Made by a program: the position numbers and the translations under genes. Source: Escherichia phage vB_EcoM_ESCO47. Taken from it: a stretch of DNA of 64,000 nt. Location: sequence record OM386662.1; one strand, written 5' to 3'. The notes under the pieces are model-generated. The model had not been told where the DNA came from. It saw only the letters and a list, made by a program, of their open reading frames with translations, and did no database searches. Below are positions 16,484 through 26,467 of the stretch, in pieces. Every line of letters starts with the position of its first letter. Positions within the stretch are counted from its first letter, which is position 1.

Positions 16484-17793
16484 AATTTGATGATTTGACG
16501 GACGGCCAGAAAAACGCCTTTAATGTTGTTATGAAGGCAATCAAAGAAAAGAAACACCATGTAACTATTAATGGTCCGGCTGGTACAGGTAAAACAACAC
16601 TCACACGGTTTATTGTTGAAGCTCTTATTTCAGCAGGTGAATCAGGTGTTATCTTAGCAGCCCCGACTCACGCCGCCAAAAAGGTTCTAAGTAAATTGGC
16701 CGGACAAGAAGCATCTACTATCCATAGTATTCTTAAAATCAACCCAACAACATACGAAGAAAACGTGTTATTTGAACAGAAACAGGCTCCTGATCTGGCA
16801 CTATGTCGAGTATTAGTGTTTGATGAAGCATCGATGTGTGATCGAAAACTTTTCCAGATTATGTTGGCAAGTATTCCAAAATGGTGTACAGTAATTGGCG
16901 TAGGTGACAGATGTCAGATTCGTCCTGTTGACCCAGGTGAAACAACAGCATATTTGAGCCCATTCTTTACGCATAAAGATTTTGTCCAATGTGACCTTAC
17001 AGAAGTCAAACGTAGTAATGCACCAATTATTGATGTTGCTACCGATATTCGTAATGGTAAATGGATTTATGATAAAATTGTTGACGGACATGGCGTTCAT
17101 GGCTACACTGATTTAAAATCATATATGATGAACTATTTTAATATCGTCAAAACGCCGGAAGACCTTTTCGAAAATCGAATGATGGCCTTCACAAATAAAT
17201 CTGTGGATAAATTAAATTCTGTTATTCGACGTAAGCTTTATCAAACAGAAGCTCCATTTATTAAAGATGAAGTTATTGTCCTTCAAGAACCTGTCACCAA
17301 GTCGTATAAACTCGATGGCAAAAATATGACTGAAATGCTTTTCAATAATGGCCAATTCGTTCGTATTAGAGACGCAGTTGAAACGTCCACATTTGTTAAA
17401 GCAAAGGGTGTTCCAGGCGAATATATGATACGATACTGGAATCTTAGTATTGAAACCTACGGTGATGATGAAGAATATAACAGAGAAGATATAAAGGTTA
17501 TTTCTTCGGATGAAGAGCTTTACAAATTTAATCTATTTTTAGCAAAAACAGCTGAAACGTATAAGTTCTGGAATAAAGGCGGTAAAGCTCCTTGGAATGA
17601 TTTCTGGGATGCTAAGCGAATGTTCACAAAGGTTAAAGCCCTTCCGGTATCAACCTTCCATAAAGCACAAGGTATGTCTGTTGATACGGCCTTTGTTTAT
17701 ACACCGTGTATCCATTACGCTGATTCTGAATTAGCAAAACAACTTCTGTACGTCGGTGCCACTCGTGGACGATTTGACGTCCATTATATTTGA
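16480..17793 (+). CDS. dda: Dda DNA helicase (SF1)
   Basis: 437 aa; Walker A GPAGTGKTT; near-colinear match to T4 Dda as I recall it. Confidence 0.95.
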   Translation: MKFDDLTDGQKNAFNVVMKAIKEKKHHVTINGPAGTGKTTLTRFIVEALISAGESGVILAAPTHAAKKVLSKLAGQEASTIHSILKINPTTYEENVLFEQKQAPDLALCRVLVFDEASMCDRKLFQIMLASIPKWCTVIGVGDRCQIRPVDPGETTAYLSPFFTHKDFVQCDLTEVKRSNAPIIDVATDIRNGKWIYDKIVDGHGVHGYTDLKSYMMNYFNIVKTPEDLFENRMMAFTNKSVDKLNSVIRRKLYQTEAPFIKDEVIVLQEPVTKSYKLDGKNMTEMLFNNGQFVRIRDAVETSTFVKAKGVPGEYMIRYWNLSIETYGDDEEYNREDIKVISSDEELYKFNLFLAKTAETYKFWNKGGKAPWNDFWDAKRMFTKVKALPVSTFHKAQGMSVDTAFVYTPCIHYADSELAKQLLYVGATRGRFDVHYI

Positions 17794-18482
17794 TTGAGGA
17801 AATTATGAATAATGATGTTATTATAGACTTTGAAACATTCGGTAATACGTCTAAAGCTGCGGTTATTGACCTTGCAGTTATTGCGTATAATTCCAACCCT
17901 GAAGTCGTAGAGACGTTTGAAGAACTCGTTCAACGTGGTAAACGAATTAAATTTAATCTTGCTTCACAGAAAGGAAAACGTGTTTTTGCTAAGACTACTA
18001 TGAAATGGTGGAAAGAGCAGTCAGATGAAGCTCGCAAAAACTTGGCACCAACTGAAGACGATGTTACCACTTTAGAGGGTATTAAAATCTTTTTGGACTA
18101 TTGCCGAGATAATAAAGTGGACCAATGGAAATCACAGATGTGGTGTCGTGGTATGAGCTTTGACTTTCCGATTCTGGTTGATTTAATTCGAGATCTTTAT
18201 CGTGACGAAGGTGTCCCAGAAGCAGAAATCGATACTGATAAACTTGAACCGGTTAAATTCTGGGCTCAACGTGACATCCGTACTGCAATTGAAGCTTACT
18301 CGTTGACGCGTGGATTAAGTATGTGTCCATTGCCAATGGGTACATTAAAAGGATTCGTTGCCCACGACAGTATTCATGATTGTGCTAAAGATATTTTGAT
18401 GTTAAAATATGCTCAACGTTATGCACTTGGACTTGAAGATGTGCCCGAGAATCCAGACCCATTAAGTGTAAAACAACGATAA
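17790..18482 (+). CDS. dexA: exonuclease A (DEDD 3'-5' exonuclease)
   Basis: IIDFETFG exo motif I near N-terminus; follows dda as in T4. Confidence 0.75.
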   Translation: MIEEIMNNDVIIDFETFGNTSKAAVIDLAVIAYNSNPEVVETFEELVQRGKRIKFNLASQKGKRVFAKTTMKWWKEQSDEARKNLAPTEDDVTTLEGIKIFLDYCRDNKVDQWKSQMWCRGMSFDFPILVDLIRDLYRDEGVPEAEIDTDKLEPVKFWAQRDIRTAIEAYSLTRGLSMCPLPMGTLKGFVAHDSIHDCAKDILMLKYAQRYALGLEDVPENPDPLSVKQR

Positions 18483-18486
18483 AACA

Positions 18487-18536
18487 GTTTACATCCTCTG
18501 TAGATATGTTATAATTCGTTCTATCAACTACAGAGG
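18487..18536 (+). promoter_or_regulatory. early promoter-like element with inverted repeat
   Basis: -35 GTTTAC 18487-18492, -10 TATAAT 18510-18515; arms CCTCTGTAG 18495-18503 and CTACAGAGG 18528-18536. Confidence 0.5.
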
Positions 18537-18556
18537 TAAGTAATACGATTACTGAT

Positions 18557-19048
18557 ATGGATCTAGCAAGTATGTACGGCACTCTTATTAAACCATTAAA
18601 AATTAAGGAACCAAAAATGGCTATCAAAATCGGCAAAACCTACAAACTGGTTGAACCTGAAATTAAAACTCCTGTACTGGTCGCTTCATATCATACTTTA
18701 AGCCTCCTTTTAGGTGATGAAGATTTCGAAATCGTATCTTTTAAAAGACATGTTTGGTTTGAAGGTTATGAAATAACGACTCGTCATCGTTCTTCAGGCC
18801 GAGTGGAAAATATTACTGTTTATACACACGAACTCGAGTTGTTTGAAGAATTGGTTCAAAAAGTTGTTGAAGACCCCACCGATCTTCTGTGTAAAGCAGT
18901 AAGCATTCGTCGTCCATTTGATAATCGTCGGATTTGTGGATGGGTAACTGATCAGTGGATTGAAGATGGTGTTGAGCTCTTGAACGTGGTCCATGATGGT
19001 GATTTTACTGTATGTCCACGTAGTGCAGTGGTTAATGTATTGAATTAA
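18557..19048 (+). CDS. hypothetical protein
   Basis: Alternative start ATG 18617 has AAGGAA RBS (143 aa); promoter element upstream. Confidence 0.45.
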   Translation: MDLASMYGTLIKPLKIKEPKMAIKIGKTYKLVEPEIKTPVLVASYHTLSLLLGDEDFEIVSFKRHVWFEGYEITTRHRSSGRVENITVYTHELELFEELVQKVVEDPTDLLCKAVSIRRPFDNRRICGWVTDQWIEDGVELLNVVHDGDFTVCPRSAVVNVLN

Positions 19049-19051
19049 TAG

Positions 19052-19099
19052 TTTTACTTCTCCTCTAGACATGATACTATAAACTTATCAACTAGAGGA
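19052..19099 (+). promoter_or_regulatory. early promoter-like element with inverted repeat
   Basis: -35 TTTTAC 19052-19057, -10 TACTAT 19075-19080; arms TCCTCTAG 19061-19068 and CTAGAGGA 19092-19099; ATG at 19107. Confidence 0.45.
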
Positions 19100-19106
19100 G
19101 AATAAT

Positions 19107-19634
19107 ATGTTAGTTTATCGAGTAGAACGTAGTTTTTGTACCCAAAGAGAATATTTGCCTTCAGTCGGATACGAAAACGGTGAAATGGTTCGTACCTGGG
19201 AGATATCCTGGAATAAAGAACCACGCTCACCTTACGGATGGTCTGGCACCGACAACTCTGAAGAAACCTGGGAATTCCTTGATAAACACGGGATATTGTC
19301 AGGCAACTTCTATCATAACGACGGCAATATAAACGCCCCTAATCGTCCTACAATCAAAAATGATCACCTCTTATCAAAAAATATTTTAAAACAAAATAAC
19401 CTTGATTTCATAGACCAAATAGCTGATTGGTTAGAGACAGGTGAATTTTACTTTGCGTTTGATACGGTCGACACGGTGTACCGATGGTTTGATAACTCCG
19501 ATGACATAGAACTCTTGAAGGCTAAAGGTTACTACATCGCGGTCTATGATGCTCCTGACGTCATTTTAGGCGACTCTCAACTTTTGTTCAAACGTTCTTC
19601 GGCAGAACAAGTTGATTTTATTTTAATAAAATGA
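19107..19634 (+). CDS. hypothetical protein (175 aa)
   Basis: Promoter element and GAGGAG RBS upstream; no motif recognised. Confidence 0.5.
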   Translation: MLVYRVERSFCTQREYLPSVGYENGEMVRTWEISWNKEPRSPYGWSGTDNSEETWEFLDKHGILSGNFYHNDGNINAPNRPTIKNDHLLSKNILKQNNLDFIDQIADWLETGEFYFAFDTVDTVYRWFDNSDDIELLKAKGYYIAVYDAPDVILGDSQLLFKRSSAEQVDFILIK

Positions 19635-19663
19635 TGTACAAACTGATAGTATTTTGTTACTAT
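19635..19663 (+). promoter_or_regulatory. early promoter-like element
   Basis: -35 TGTACA 19635-19640, -10 TACTAT 19658-19663, then AGACCTATCAA; ATG at 19692. Confidence 0.45.
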
Positions 19664-19691
19664 AGACCTATCAAAACAAGAGGAGAACATT

Positions 19692-19886
19692 ATGAAAACT
19701 TTATTAACTCAAGATCAATTTGAAGATATCCTTTTCGACCCAGAATTAGTTGTTGTTCAAAAAGAAATTACTAGTGGTCTTGAACACCATTCTTACGTAT
19801 ACGTTTATGAAAATGACAAACCAGTTATGGTTGCAGTACGTCACATCACAGGCGAAGGCACAACTTACTGGAAGGAAGCAATCTAA
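19692..19886 (+). CDS. hypothetical protein (64 aa)
   Basis: Promoter element and AGGAG RBS upstream. Confidence 0.45.
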   Translation: MKTLLTQDQFEDILFDPELVVVQKEITSGLEHHSYVYVYENDKPVMVAVRHITGEGTTYWKEAI

Positions 19887-20308
19887 TGGCTATTAAATTT
19901 GAAGTTAACAAATGGTACCAATTTAAAGATAAACGTGCCCAAGAAGAGTTTATTAAAGACCACACTGATAATGGGATTTATGCACGACGTCTTGGCATGG
20001 AACCATTTAAAGTATTAGATGTTGACCATCTTGGTCGTCCTACTAAAATTGTGACATCTACTGGCATGGTTGGATACGCAACAGGCGGTGATATCCTTGA
20101 TGAAAACTTTATCTGGCTCTCCACGAATGAAGCAGAGTTCTTTGTCGAAGTTGGAAATCCATACCAGGCAGCTGAAGAACAAGAACATGAAGAGCAAGAA
20201 CCAATGCCAGAATTGACTGAGTTCCCTTTACTGAAAGTTACTATTGAAAATAATGAACAAGCATGGTCTTTGTATCAAATGTTGAAAGCTCACTTTAAGG
20301 AACAATAA
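19886..20308 (+). CDS. hypothetical protein (140 aa)
   Basis: Stop/start overlap with upstream ORF; acidic C-terminal half. Confidence 0.5.
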   Translation: MAIKFEVNKWYQFKDKRAQEEFIKDHTDNGIYARRLGMEPFKVLDVDHLGRPTKIVTSTGMVGYATGGDILDENFIWLSTNEAEFFVEVGNPYQAAEEQEHEEQEPMPELTEFPLLKVTIENNEQAWSLYQMLKAHFKEQ

Positions 20309-20487
20309 TGCCGTTATACGACTATAAATGCCAATCTGAAGATTGTGGTCATGAATATGAAAAAATTAAAAGAATTTCTGAACGAGAAAACGATGTTTGC
20401 CCTGAATGTCATCGTCTGTCTACTCGTCGGGTTTCTGCTCCTAAACATGTGAACGGTGGTTTTTACGACTTACTTAAGAAGGATTGA
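20308..20487 (+). CDS. zinc-ribbon protein (FmdB-like, 59 aa)
   Basis: [18 protein letters not shown]...CPECHRLS: two CxxC pairs typical of FmdB-family Zn ribbons; below the ORF-track cutoff. Confidence 0.45.
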   Translation: MPLYDYKCQSEDCGHEYEKIKRISERENDVCPECHRLSTRRVSAPKHVNGGFYDLLKKD

Positions 20488-20489
20488 TT

Positions 20490-20915
20490 ATGGCTTTTAA
20501 AGGTTTTGAAGTTGGTAAGAAATATCGTATTATCAAAGGACAGGAAGATAATTTCTTGAGAATTCTTAATACGACTGGTAAACGTCTTAATACTAATCTG
20601 CATACTACTTTATTGTCCAAAGATTTTATTGTGGAAGAGATGATTGGTTATGGTGTTTCGATTATTGCTGTAGAAGCTGTAGGCGATTACGGCCGAACTA
20701 TTCATAGTATGCAAGGTGATATTCTGCTTTATGGTGCAGAATTTAAATTCTTTGAAGAAGTTCCGGAACCAGATACAGCTGTCGATTTCAAAAAAGGCTC
20801 TATAGAATTTGTTGATGGTTCGGTGATCGTATCAGGCGATGTGGTCATTACAGTTAAAAGTGAACAAGGGCGTTTGGCTGCAATTGATGCACTTCAGAAA
20901 ATTAAATTTAAATAA
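20490..20915 (+). CDS. hypothetical protein (141 aa)
   Basis: ATG 20490 preceded by AAGGA; listed ORF begins at TTG 20484; terminator follows. Confidence 0.5.
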   Translation: MAFKGFEVGKKYRIIKGQEDNFLRILNTTGKRLNTNLHTTLLSKDFIVEEMIGYGVSIIAVEAVGDYGRTIHSMQGDILLYGAEFKFFEEVPEPDTAVDFKKGSIEFVDGSVIVSGDVVITVKSEQGRLAAIDALQKIKFK

Positions 20916-20933
20916 GGGCTTCGGCCCTTTTTG
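20914..20933 (+). terminator. rho-independent terminator
   Basis: AAGGGC-TTCG-GCCCTT then TTT directly after stop at 20915. Confidence 0.6.
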
Positions 20934-20956
20934 CTTTAGATTTCGGATGATAGAAT
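20932..20956 (+). promoter_or_regulatory. candidate MotA-dependent middle promoter upstream of gene 39
   Basis: MotA box core TGCTTTA 20932-20938, 12-bp spacer, -10 TAGAAT 20951-20956. Confidence 0.5.
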
Positions 20957-20978
20957 ACCTTCATAACGAGGAGACAAC

Positions 20979-22796
20979 ATGATTAAAAATGAAATTAAAG
21001 TATTATCAGACGTAGAACATATTAAGAAACGTAGTGGTATGTATATTGGTTCTTCGGCTAAAGAAGCACATGAGCGTTTTTTGTTTGGTAAATATCAACA
21101 AGTTGAATATGTTCCTGGTCTGGTTAAATTAATCGATGAGATTATTGACAACTCGGTTGATGAAGCTATTCGTACATCATTTAAGTTCGCAAATAAAATT
21201 GATGTGCAAATTAAAAATAATCAAGTTTCGGTGGAAGATAACGGACGTGGTATTCCTCAAGGTTTAGTTACCGACCAAACAGGTGAACAAATTCCTGGGC
21301 CTGTAGCAGCCTGGACTATTCCAAAGGCCGGCGGTAACTTTGGCGATGACTCTGAACGCAAGACCGGTGGTATGAACGGCGTCGGGAGTAGTTTAACTAA
21401 TATCTTCTCTACGTTGTTTACAGGCATCACGTCAGATGGCGAAAATGAAATCACTGTTAATTGTTCAAACGGAATGGAAAACAAATCATGGTCTTCTAAG
21501 AAATCTAAAGGTAAAGGAACTAAAGTAATCTTCACTCCTGATTTCTCTTCATTTGAAGAGCATAATTTATCTCAAATTTATTTAGATATTACTTTAGACC
21601 GACTTCAAACATTGGCAGTCGTTTATCCTGATATCAAGTTCACATTTAATGGTAAAAAGGTTGATGGTAATTTTAAACGATTTGCTAAACAATTTGGCGA
21701 AGATAACATCATTCAAGAAAACGATAAAGTGTCAATCGCATTCACAACATCGCCTGACGGTTTTCGACATTTGACGTATGTGAACAACATTCATACTAAA
21801 AATGGTGGACATCATGTTGAATGTGTAATGGATGATATCTGCGAACATCTTTTGCCCGGTATTAAAAAGAAATATAAGGGTATTGAGGTAACTAAAGCTC
21901 GTGTTAAAGAATGTCTCACGATGCTGATGTTTATTCGTGATATGAGCAACATGCGTTTTGATTCTCAGACTAAAGAACGTTTAACGTCAACGTATGGTGA
22001 TATTCGTAATCATATCCAATTAGATGCTAAGAAAATTGCTCAGTCACTTCTTAAAAATGAAGCTCTGATTATGCCTATTGTTGAAGCAGCATTAGCTCGT
22101 AAATTAGCAGCAGAAAAGGCCGCCGAAACTAAAGCAGCTAAAAAGGCCACTAAAGCAAAAGTTCATAAGCATATTAAAGCTAATCAATGTGGTAAAGATG
22201 CAGATACGACATTGTTCTTAACAGAAGGTGATTCGGCAATTGGTTATCTCATTGATGTTCGTGACCGTGAACTACACGGCGGATTCCCATTACGTGGTAA
22301 GGTGATGAATAGCTGGGGTATGTCATATGCTGATATGATGAAGAACAAAGAGCTCTTTGATATCTGTGCTATCACAGGTCTTATTCTCGGTGAAAAGGCA
22401 GAGAACACGAACTATCGTAATATCGCAATTATGACCGATGCCGATCATGACGGTCTTGGAAGTATCTATCCGGCTTTGCTTGCTTTCTTTAGTAATTGGC
22501 CTGAATTGTTTGAACAAGGACGTATTCGCTTTGTTAAAACTCCGGTAATTATTGCACAAATTGGCAAAACACAAAAATGGTTTTATACTGTAGCTGAGTA
22601 TGAAGAAGCTAAAGAATCATTACCAAAACACGGTATTCGATATATTAAAGGACTTGGTTCACTTGAAAAATCCGAATACCGTGAAATGATTCAGAATCCA
22701 GTTTATGACGTAGTTAAATTGCCTGAAAACTGGAAAGAGTTGTTTGAAATGTTGATGGGTAATGACCCGGATCTTCGTAAAGAATGGATGTCCTAA
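20979..22796 (+). CDS. 39: DNA topoisomerase II large (ATPase) subunit, fused gp39+gp60 equivalent
   Basis: 605 aa GyrB-like; continuous frame with no bypass gap or inserted element. Confidence 0.92.
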   Translation: MIKNEIKVLSDVEHIKKRSGMYIGSSAKEAHERFLFGKYQQVEYVPGLVKLIDEIIDNSVDEAIRTSFKFANKIDVQIKNNQVSVEDNGRGIPQGLVTDQTGEQIPGPVAAWTIPKAGGNFGDDSERKTGGMNGVGSSLTNIFSTLFTGITSDGENEITVNCSNGMENKSWSSKKSKGKGTKVIFTPDFSSFEEHNLSQIYLDITLDRLQTLAVVYPDIKFTFNGKKVDGNFKRFAKQFGEDNIIQENDKVSIAFTTSPDGFRHLTYVNNIHTKNGGHHVECVMDDICEHLLPGIKKKYKGIEVTKARVKECLTMLMFIRDMSNMRFDSQTKERLTSTYGDIRNHIQLDAKKIAQSLLKNEALIMPIVEAALARKLAAEKAAETKAAKKATKAKVHKHIKANQCGKDADTTLFLTEGDSAIGYLIDVRDRELHGGFPLRGKVMNSWGMSYADMMKNKELFDICAITGLILGEKAENTNYRNIAIMTDADHDGLGSIYPALLAFFSNWPELFEQGRIRFVKTPVIIAQIGKTQKWFYTVAEYEEAKESLPKHGIRYIKGLGSLEKSEYREMIQNPVYDVVKLPENWKELFEMLMGNDPDLRKEWMS

Positions 22797-22818
22797 GCTC
22801 CTTCGGGAGCTTTATTTT
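22796..22818 (+). terminator. rho-independent terminator after gene 39
   Basis: AGCTCC-TTCG-GGAGCT then TTTATTTT. Confidence 0.6.
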
Positions 22819-22838
22819 AATTTTAATAAGGCTTAATT

Positions 22839-23939
22839 ATGAAAGTTATGTTTATCCCATCTCGTGCAGTCCCATTTAATCCTGACCGTGTACAAGGTGG
22901 TCTTGAAGCGGTACATTTAAATGTGTTGAAATATTTAGTTTCTATCGGTGCCGATATTGATTATATCGGTTTTGATAACGACACATTTGGTGATTGGAAA
23001 GTTACACACCATCCTGTTGGCCATCTTACTAAATTCAGTCTAGGTATGAGTTATACTATGGCTCGTAAGATTGTTGAACTGGCCGGCATCCATGAATACG
23101 ATTTTGTTGTTACTATGGAACCGACTAAACTAACCGTTCAGGCAATTAAAGACGCAGGTCTCTCTAAAGTTCATAAGAATTTTATGGCAACACCATTTGA
23201 ACCTGTATCTCGTGGCATTGTTCAAATTTGGGACCAGACTATTCAAATTCATAAGAACGGTGGTAAGAGTTATGCTCCTACTAAAGCCTTCCGTGAATTT
23301 GAACGCAAATATTGTCATATGACTTCAGGTCTGACAGACAAAATTGATTATGATTATTGGCGAGCAAATCCGTTGTTTGAAGCCGAAGATTATCCGGTTA
23401 TTTGTTTGAATGAGAAACCTGAAGTTCTTCCAGCAACTGATCTGATTATTAGTGCACAACGTTATGACACTAAAATGCGTCGTACTGATGTTGCTCTTGA
23501 AGCGATTAAAGCGCTCGGCGAAAATGGTGCAGGATACTGTCCTAGTAAATGGGCACCACCGGCTAAGTATCCAGTAACTATTGATGCTCCACATAGTGAA
23601 ATCATGGAACGCCTTAAAACAGCTAAAGCACTTATCAATACGTGTCCTGACACCGGCACGGTAGAGAATAGTTCTATTGAAGCTATTTCTAAAGGTGTAC
23701 CTGTGATTCAGCTAGTCTTTAAAGATTATCCACATGCTACGTTTGAATATGACCCTGACACGGTACGTGTAGAGATTGATGCTTCCACCCCTAAGAAAGA
23801 AGTAGTTATGCTTTACACAAAAGCTGTATTAGAATTCACTGACACATACGAATCACGAGTCAAACGTGCAGAATATGTATGGCAAAAGTATAATCGGGAT
23901 GCAGTTGTAGCGATGTGGGATAAAATCTTCACAGCGTAA
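22839..23939 (+). CDS. GT-B fold glycosyltransferase (candidate DNA hmC glycosyltransferase)
   Basis: 366 aa; C-terminal TGTVENSSIEAISKGVPVIQ resembles the nucleotide-sugar binding motif of GT-B enzymes; T4 has no such gene between 39 and rIIA. Confidence 0.55.
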   Translation: MKVMFIPSRAVPFNPDRVQGGLEAVHLNVLKYLVSIGADIDYIGFDNDTFGDWKVTHHPVGHLTKFSLGMSYTMARKIVELAGIHEYDFVVTMEPTKLTVQAIKDAGLSKVHKNFMATPFEPVSRGIVQIWDQTIQIHKNGGKSYAPTKAFREFERKYCHMTSGLTDKIDYDYWRANPLFEAEDYPVICLNEKPEVLPATDLIISAQRYDTKMRRTDVALEAIKALGENGAGYCPSKWAPPAKYPVTIDAPHSEIMERLKTAKALINTCPDTGTVENSSIEAISKGVPVIQLVFKDYPHATFEYDPDTVRVEIDASTPKKEVVMLYTKAVLEFTDTYESRVKRAEYVWQKYNRDAVVAMWDKIFTA

Positions 23940-24031
23940 ATCCTGAATAGCCTGAGGCACTATTACACATAAGATGATAAATTATATGGTCTTTGGTAAT
24001 AGTGTCATAGGAATCTACTGAAGAGAATATT

Positions 24032-24232
24032 ATGAGAACATATAACGTGGACTTGGAACTTTTTGATAAAGCGGTGCTCCGGGAATTCCGGCTTATCCAA
24101 AGATTTTTTGATATCGAGTCAGCAGAGTCCTTTAAAGAACGCTTTAAAGAAATTCGATATAAAATACAAACCGATACAGCTACTAAAGAAGAACTTCTTG
24201 AAGTAGCAGAAATTTTTAAACGTAACTTGTGA
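24032..24232 (+). CDS. hypothetical protein (66 aa)
   Basis: Immediately upstream of rIIA; no motif recognised. Confidence 0.45.
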   Translation: MRTYNVDLELFDKAVLREFRLIQRFFDIESAESFKERFKEIRYKIQTDTATKEELLEVAEIFKRNL

Positions 24233-24244
24233 CGAGAGAAAAAT

Positions 24245-26458
24245 ATGATTATTGAAACGGCTAAAGAAACGATTATTGGTTCAGGCGGTAAGAGCACAGC
24301 ATTCACTATTCAAGCAAACAGTAAAGTGTATAAGATTCTTTCTAACGATCTTTACACAAACAAAGAACGAGCTTGTGTACGTGAATTAATCACAAACTGT
24401 ATTGATGGGCAAATTCTTAATGGCTGCACTGATAAGTTTATTGTTCAGGCACCAGGTCGTTTAGACCCACGTTTTGTAGTTCGAGACTTTGGTCCTGGTA
24501 TGAGTGATTTCACCATTCGAGGTAATGACGAAGAGCCAGGAATTTATAACTCATATTTTGCTTCAACTAAAACATCGAGTAACGATTTCATTGGTGGATT
24601 CGGACTCGGTTCTAAAGCTCCATTAGCATATACTGATACGTTTAACATTACTTCTTATCATAATGGTGAAGTTCGTGGTTATGTAATTTATCAAGATGAC
24701 AGTGGTCCACAGATTAAGCCAACCTTCGTAGATAAGATGGGTCCTGATGACCGGACCGGTGTTGAAGTAGTTGTGCCTGTTAACCCAGAAGATTTTGAAA
24801 AGTTCGCATCCGAAATTGCTTATGTTATGCGTCCTCTCGGCGATATTGCAGAAGTTCGTGGTGTTAAAGATATCAAATACTTCCCTGATTTCGACGACGT
24901 TTATCTGGCCAAGGATGCTCCATGGGGTGAACGTGGTAACATCATGGCTGTTTATGGTGGTATTGTATATCCTATCAGTGACGCTATTAAAGAACAAACA
25001 TGGATGATGACGCGATGCACTACAGCTTATATTAAATTCCCCATGGGTGAACTAGATGTAGCCCCGTCTCGTGAAGCATTGTCATTTGATAAACGTACAG
25101 TAGCAAATATCCATAAACGTGTTGCAGAAATTGATGCAAAATTATTTGCTGAAGATTCTAAGAAATGGATTGATTGTGAATATCCACGTCATGTATTCCG
25201 TGAAATCGATTCTCTTGGTTACTCTGCTCGTAAATACATGGAAAAAGCTGGTTCTAATATTGAATCACTGAAATATTCTAAAGAACAGCTAACTTATTCT
25301 GAGTTGTACAAACGTTTTAAAATGGGTCCTGAATGGTGCAACCTTGGTGTTGTATACGATATCGTTTCAGACCCACGTCTTCGTCGTATTCGTGAAAGCG
25401 GAAGCTCGTCTGCAACTATTTCAATTAATAGCCTGCTAGGTATTAGCCGTAAGCATATTGATATTGTTATTGACGATGTGAAAGGCCGCGTACCAATGAT
25501 GCGTGCTCTGAACGATGCTTTGACTTCCACTGATGCATCAACACTCGTTGATAAGGTTCCTTCCGGATGGGGTAGTAGCGTATTATTCATTAACCCGGAA
25601 GATGAAGTTGCAATGAAACTTCTAGAACGATTAAAGGTTATTTTCGCTGGGGATAGCCTTAAATTTTATAAGACATCTGAAATTCTTGCATTAGTTAAAC
25701 CGTGGATTGAAGTTAAAGAACGTTCATCGCAGCCTCGTCCTAAATCCCCAAGTGCTCATCGGTTCTTTAAGAATGAAAACGATGTTTGGGTATCAGAAGA
25801 TCTCTTTATTCCAGCGAGTGAAGCTGATGAAATCCAAGGTTATGCTATAGTTCGTAATCGTTCTAATGCTGAATGTCTTGACGCAGATAAAGGTTGGTTG
25901 AACTATGACTCCAATTTCTTGACCCGTATTGCTGATTTGTCAGGTATTAAAGAGTTCACTGTAGTCCGTCCACAGATTGCTAAGAAAGTTCGTAAACTTG
26001 GTGAAGTAGAATGCTTGTTCGAAAAATCAATTAATGACTATATTACGCTAATTGATAAAGTGGATTATGATGAGTATGTATCACCAAGTCGTAGAGCACA
26101 GCCTTATTTGAATCATATTACTCGTAATGAAGAGCTTAACTTCCTTAGTAAGTATTTTAGCTCTAAGAACAAAGAAATCAGTAAAGATTTTGCAAAACTT
26201 TCAACAGTAAATAATCGTTGGGGATGGAATCGATTCTCAGGTGTTACTAACAGAGAACTGAATAAGAAGTTGGAATTGTGTGCTAAAATTTTCGATAAGC
26301 TTAAAGATAATGCTTACGATAATGATGATAAAATGGTTATTGAATTCGAAACCAATTATCATATTGTGTCAGACTACATGGGACGACGTGGTACTCTTTC
26401 CAAAGAACAGGTCGCTCAAATCGTTAAATTCATGAAGGCCGTGGAAGCGGCCAAATAA
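24245..26458 (+). CDS. rIIA: rIIA membrane-associated protein (GHKL ATPase-like N-domain)
   Basis: 737 aa; Bergerat-fold motifs ELITNCIDG, DFGPGM, GGFGLGSKA; followed by rIIB. Confidence 0.9.
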   Translation: MIIETAKETIIGSGGKSTAFTIQANSKVYKILSNDLYTNKERACVRELITNCIDGQILNGCTDKFIVQAPGRLDPRFVVRDFGPGMSDFTIRGNDEEPGIYNSYFASTKTSSNDFIGGFGLGSKAPLAYTDTFNITSYHNGEVRGYVIYQDDSGPQIKPTFVDKMGPDDRTGVEVVVPVNPEDFEKFASEIAYVMRPLGDIAEVRGVKDIKYFPDFDDVYLAKDAPWGERGNIMAVYGGIVYPISDAIKEQTWMMTRCTTAYIKFPMGELDVAPSREALSFDKRTVANIHKRVAEIDAKLFAEDSKKWIDCEYPRHVFREIDSLGYSARKYMEKAGSNIESLKYSKEQLTYSELYKRFKMGPEWCNLGVVYDIVSDPRLRRIRESGSSSATISINSLLGISRKHIDIVIDDVKGRVPMMRALNDALTSTDASTLVDKVPSGWGSSVLFINPEDEVAMKLLERLKVIFAGDSLKFYKTSEILALVKPWIEVKERSSQPRPKSPSAHRFFKNENDVWVSEDLFIPASEADEIQGYAIVRNRSNAECLDADKGWLNYDSNFLTRIADLSGIKEFTVVRPQIAKKVRKLGEVECLFEKSINDYITLIDKVDYDEYVSPSRRAQPYLNHITRNEELNFLSKYFSSKNKEISKDFAKLSTVNNRWGWNRFSGVTNRELNKKLELCAKIFDKLKDNAYDNDDKMVIEFETNYHIVSDYMGRRGTLSKEQVAQIVKFMKAVEAAK

Positions 26459-26467
26459 GGAAACATT

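Noticed and set aside
20979-22796. Gene 60 translational bypass element
   Set aside because: The topoisomerase subunit is one uninterrupted 605-aa frame
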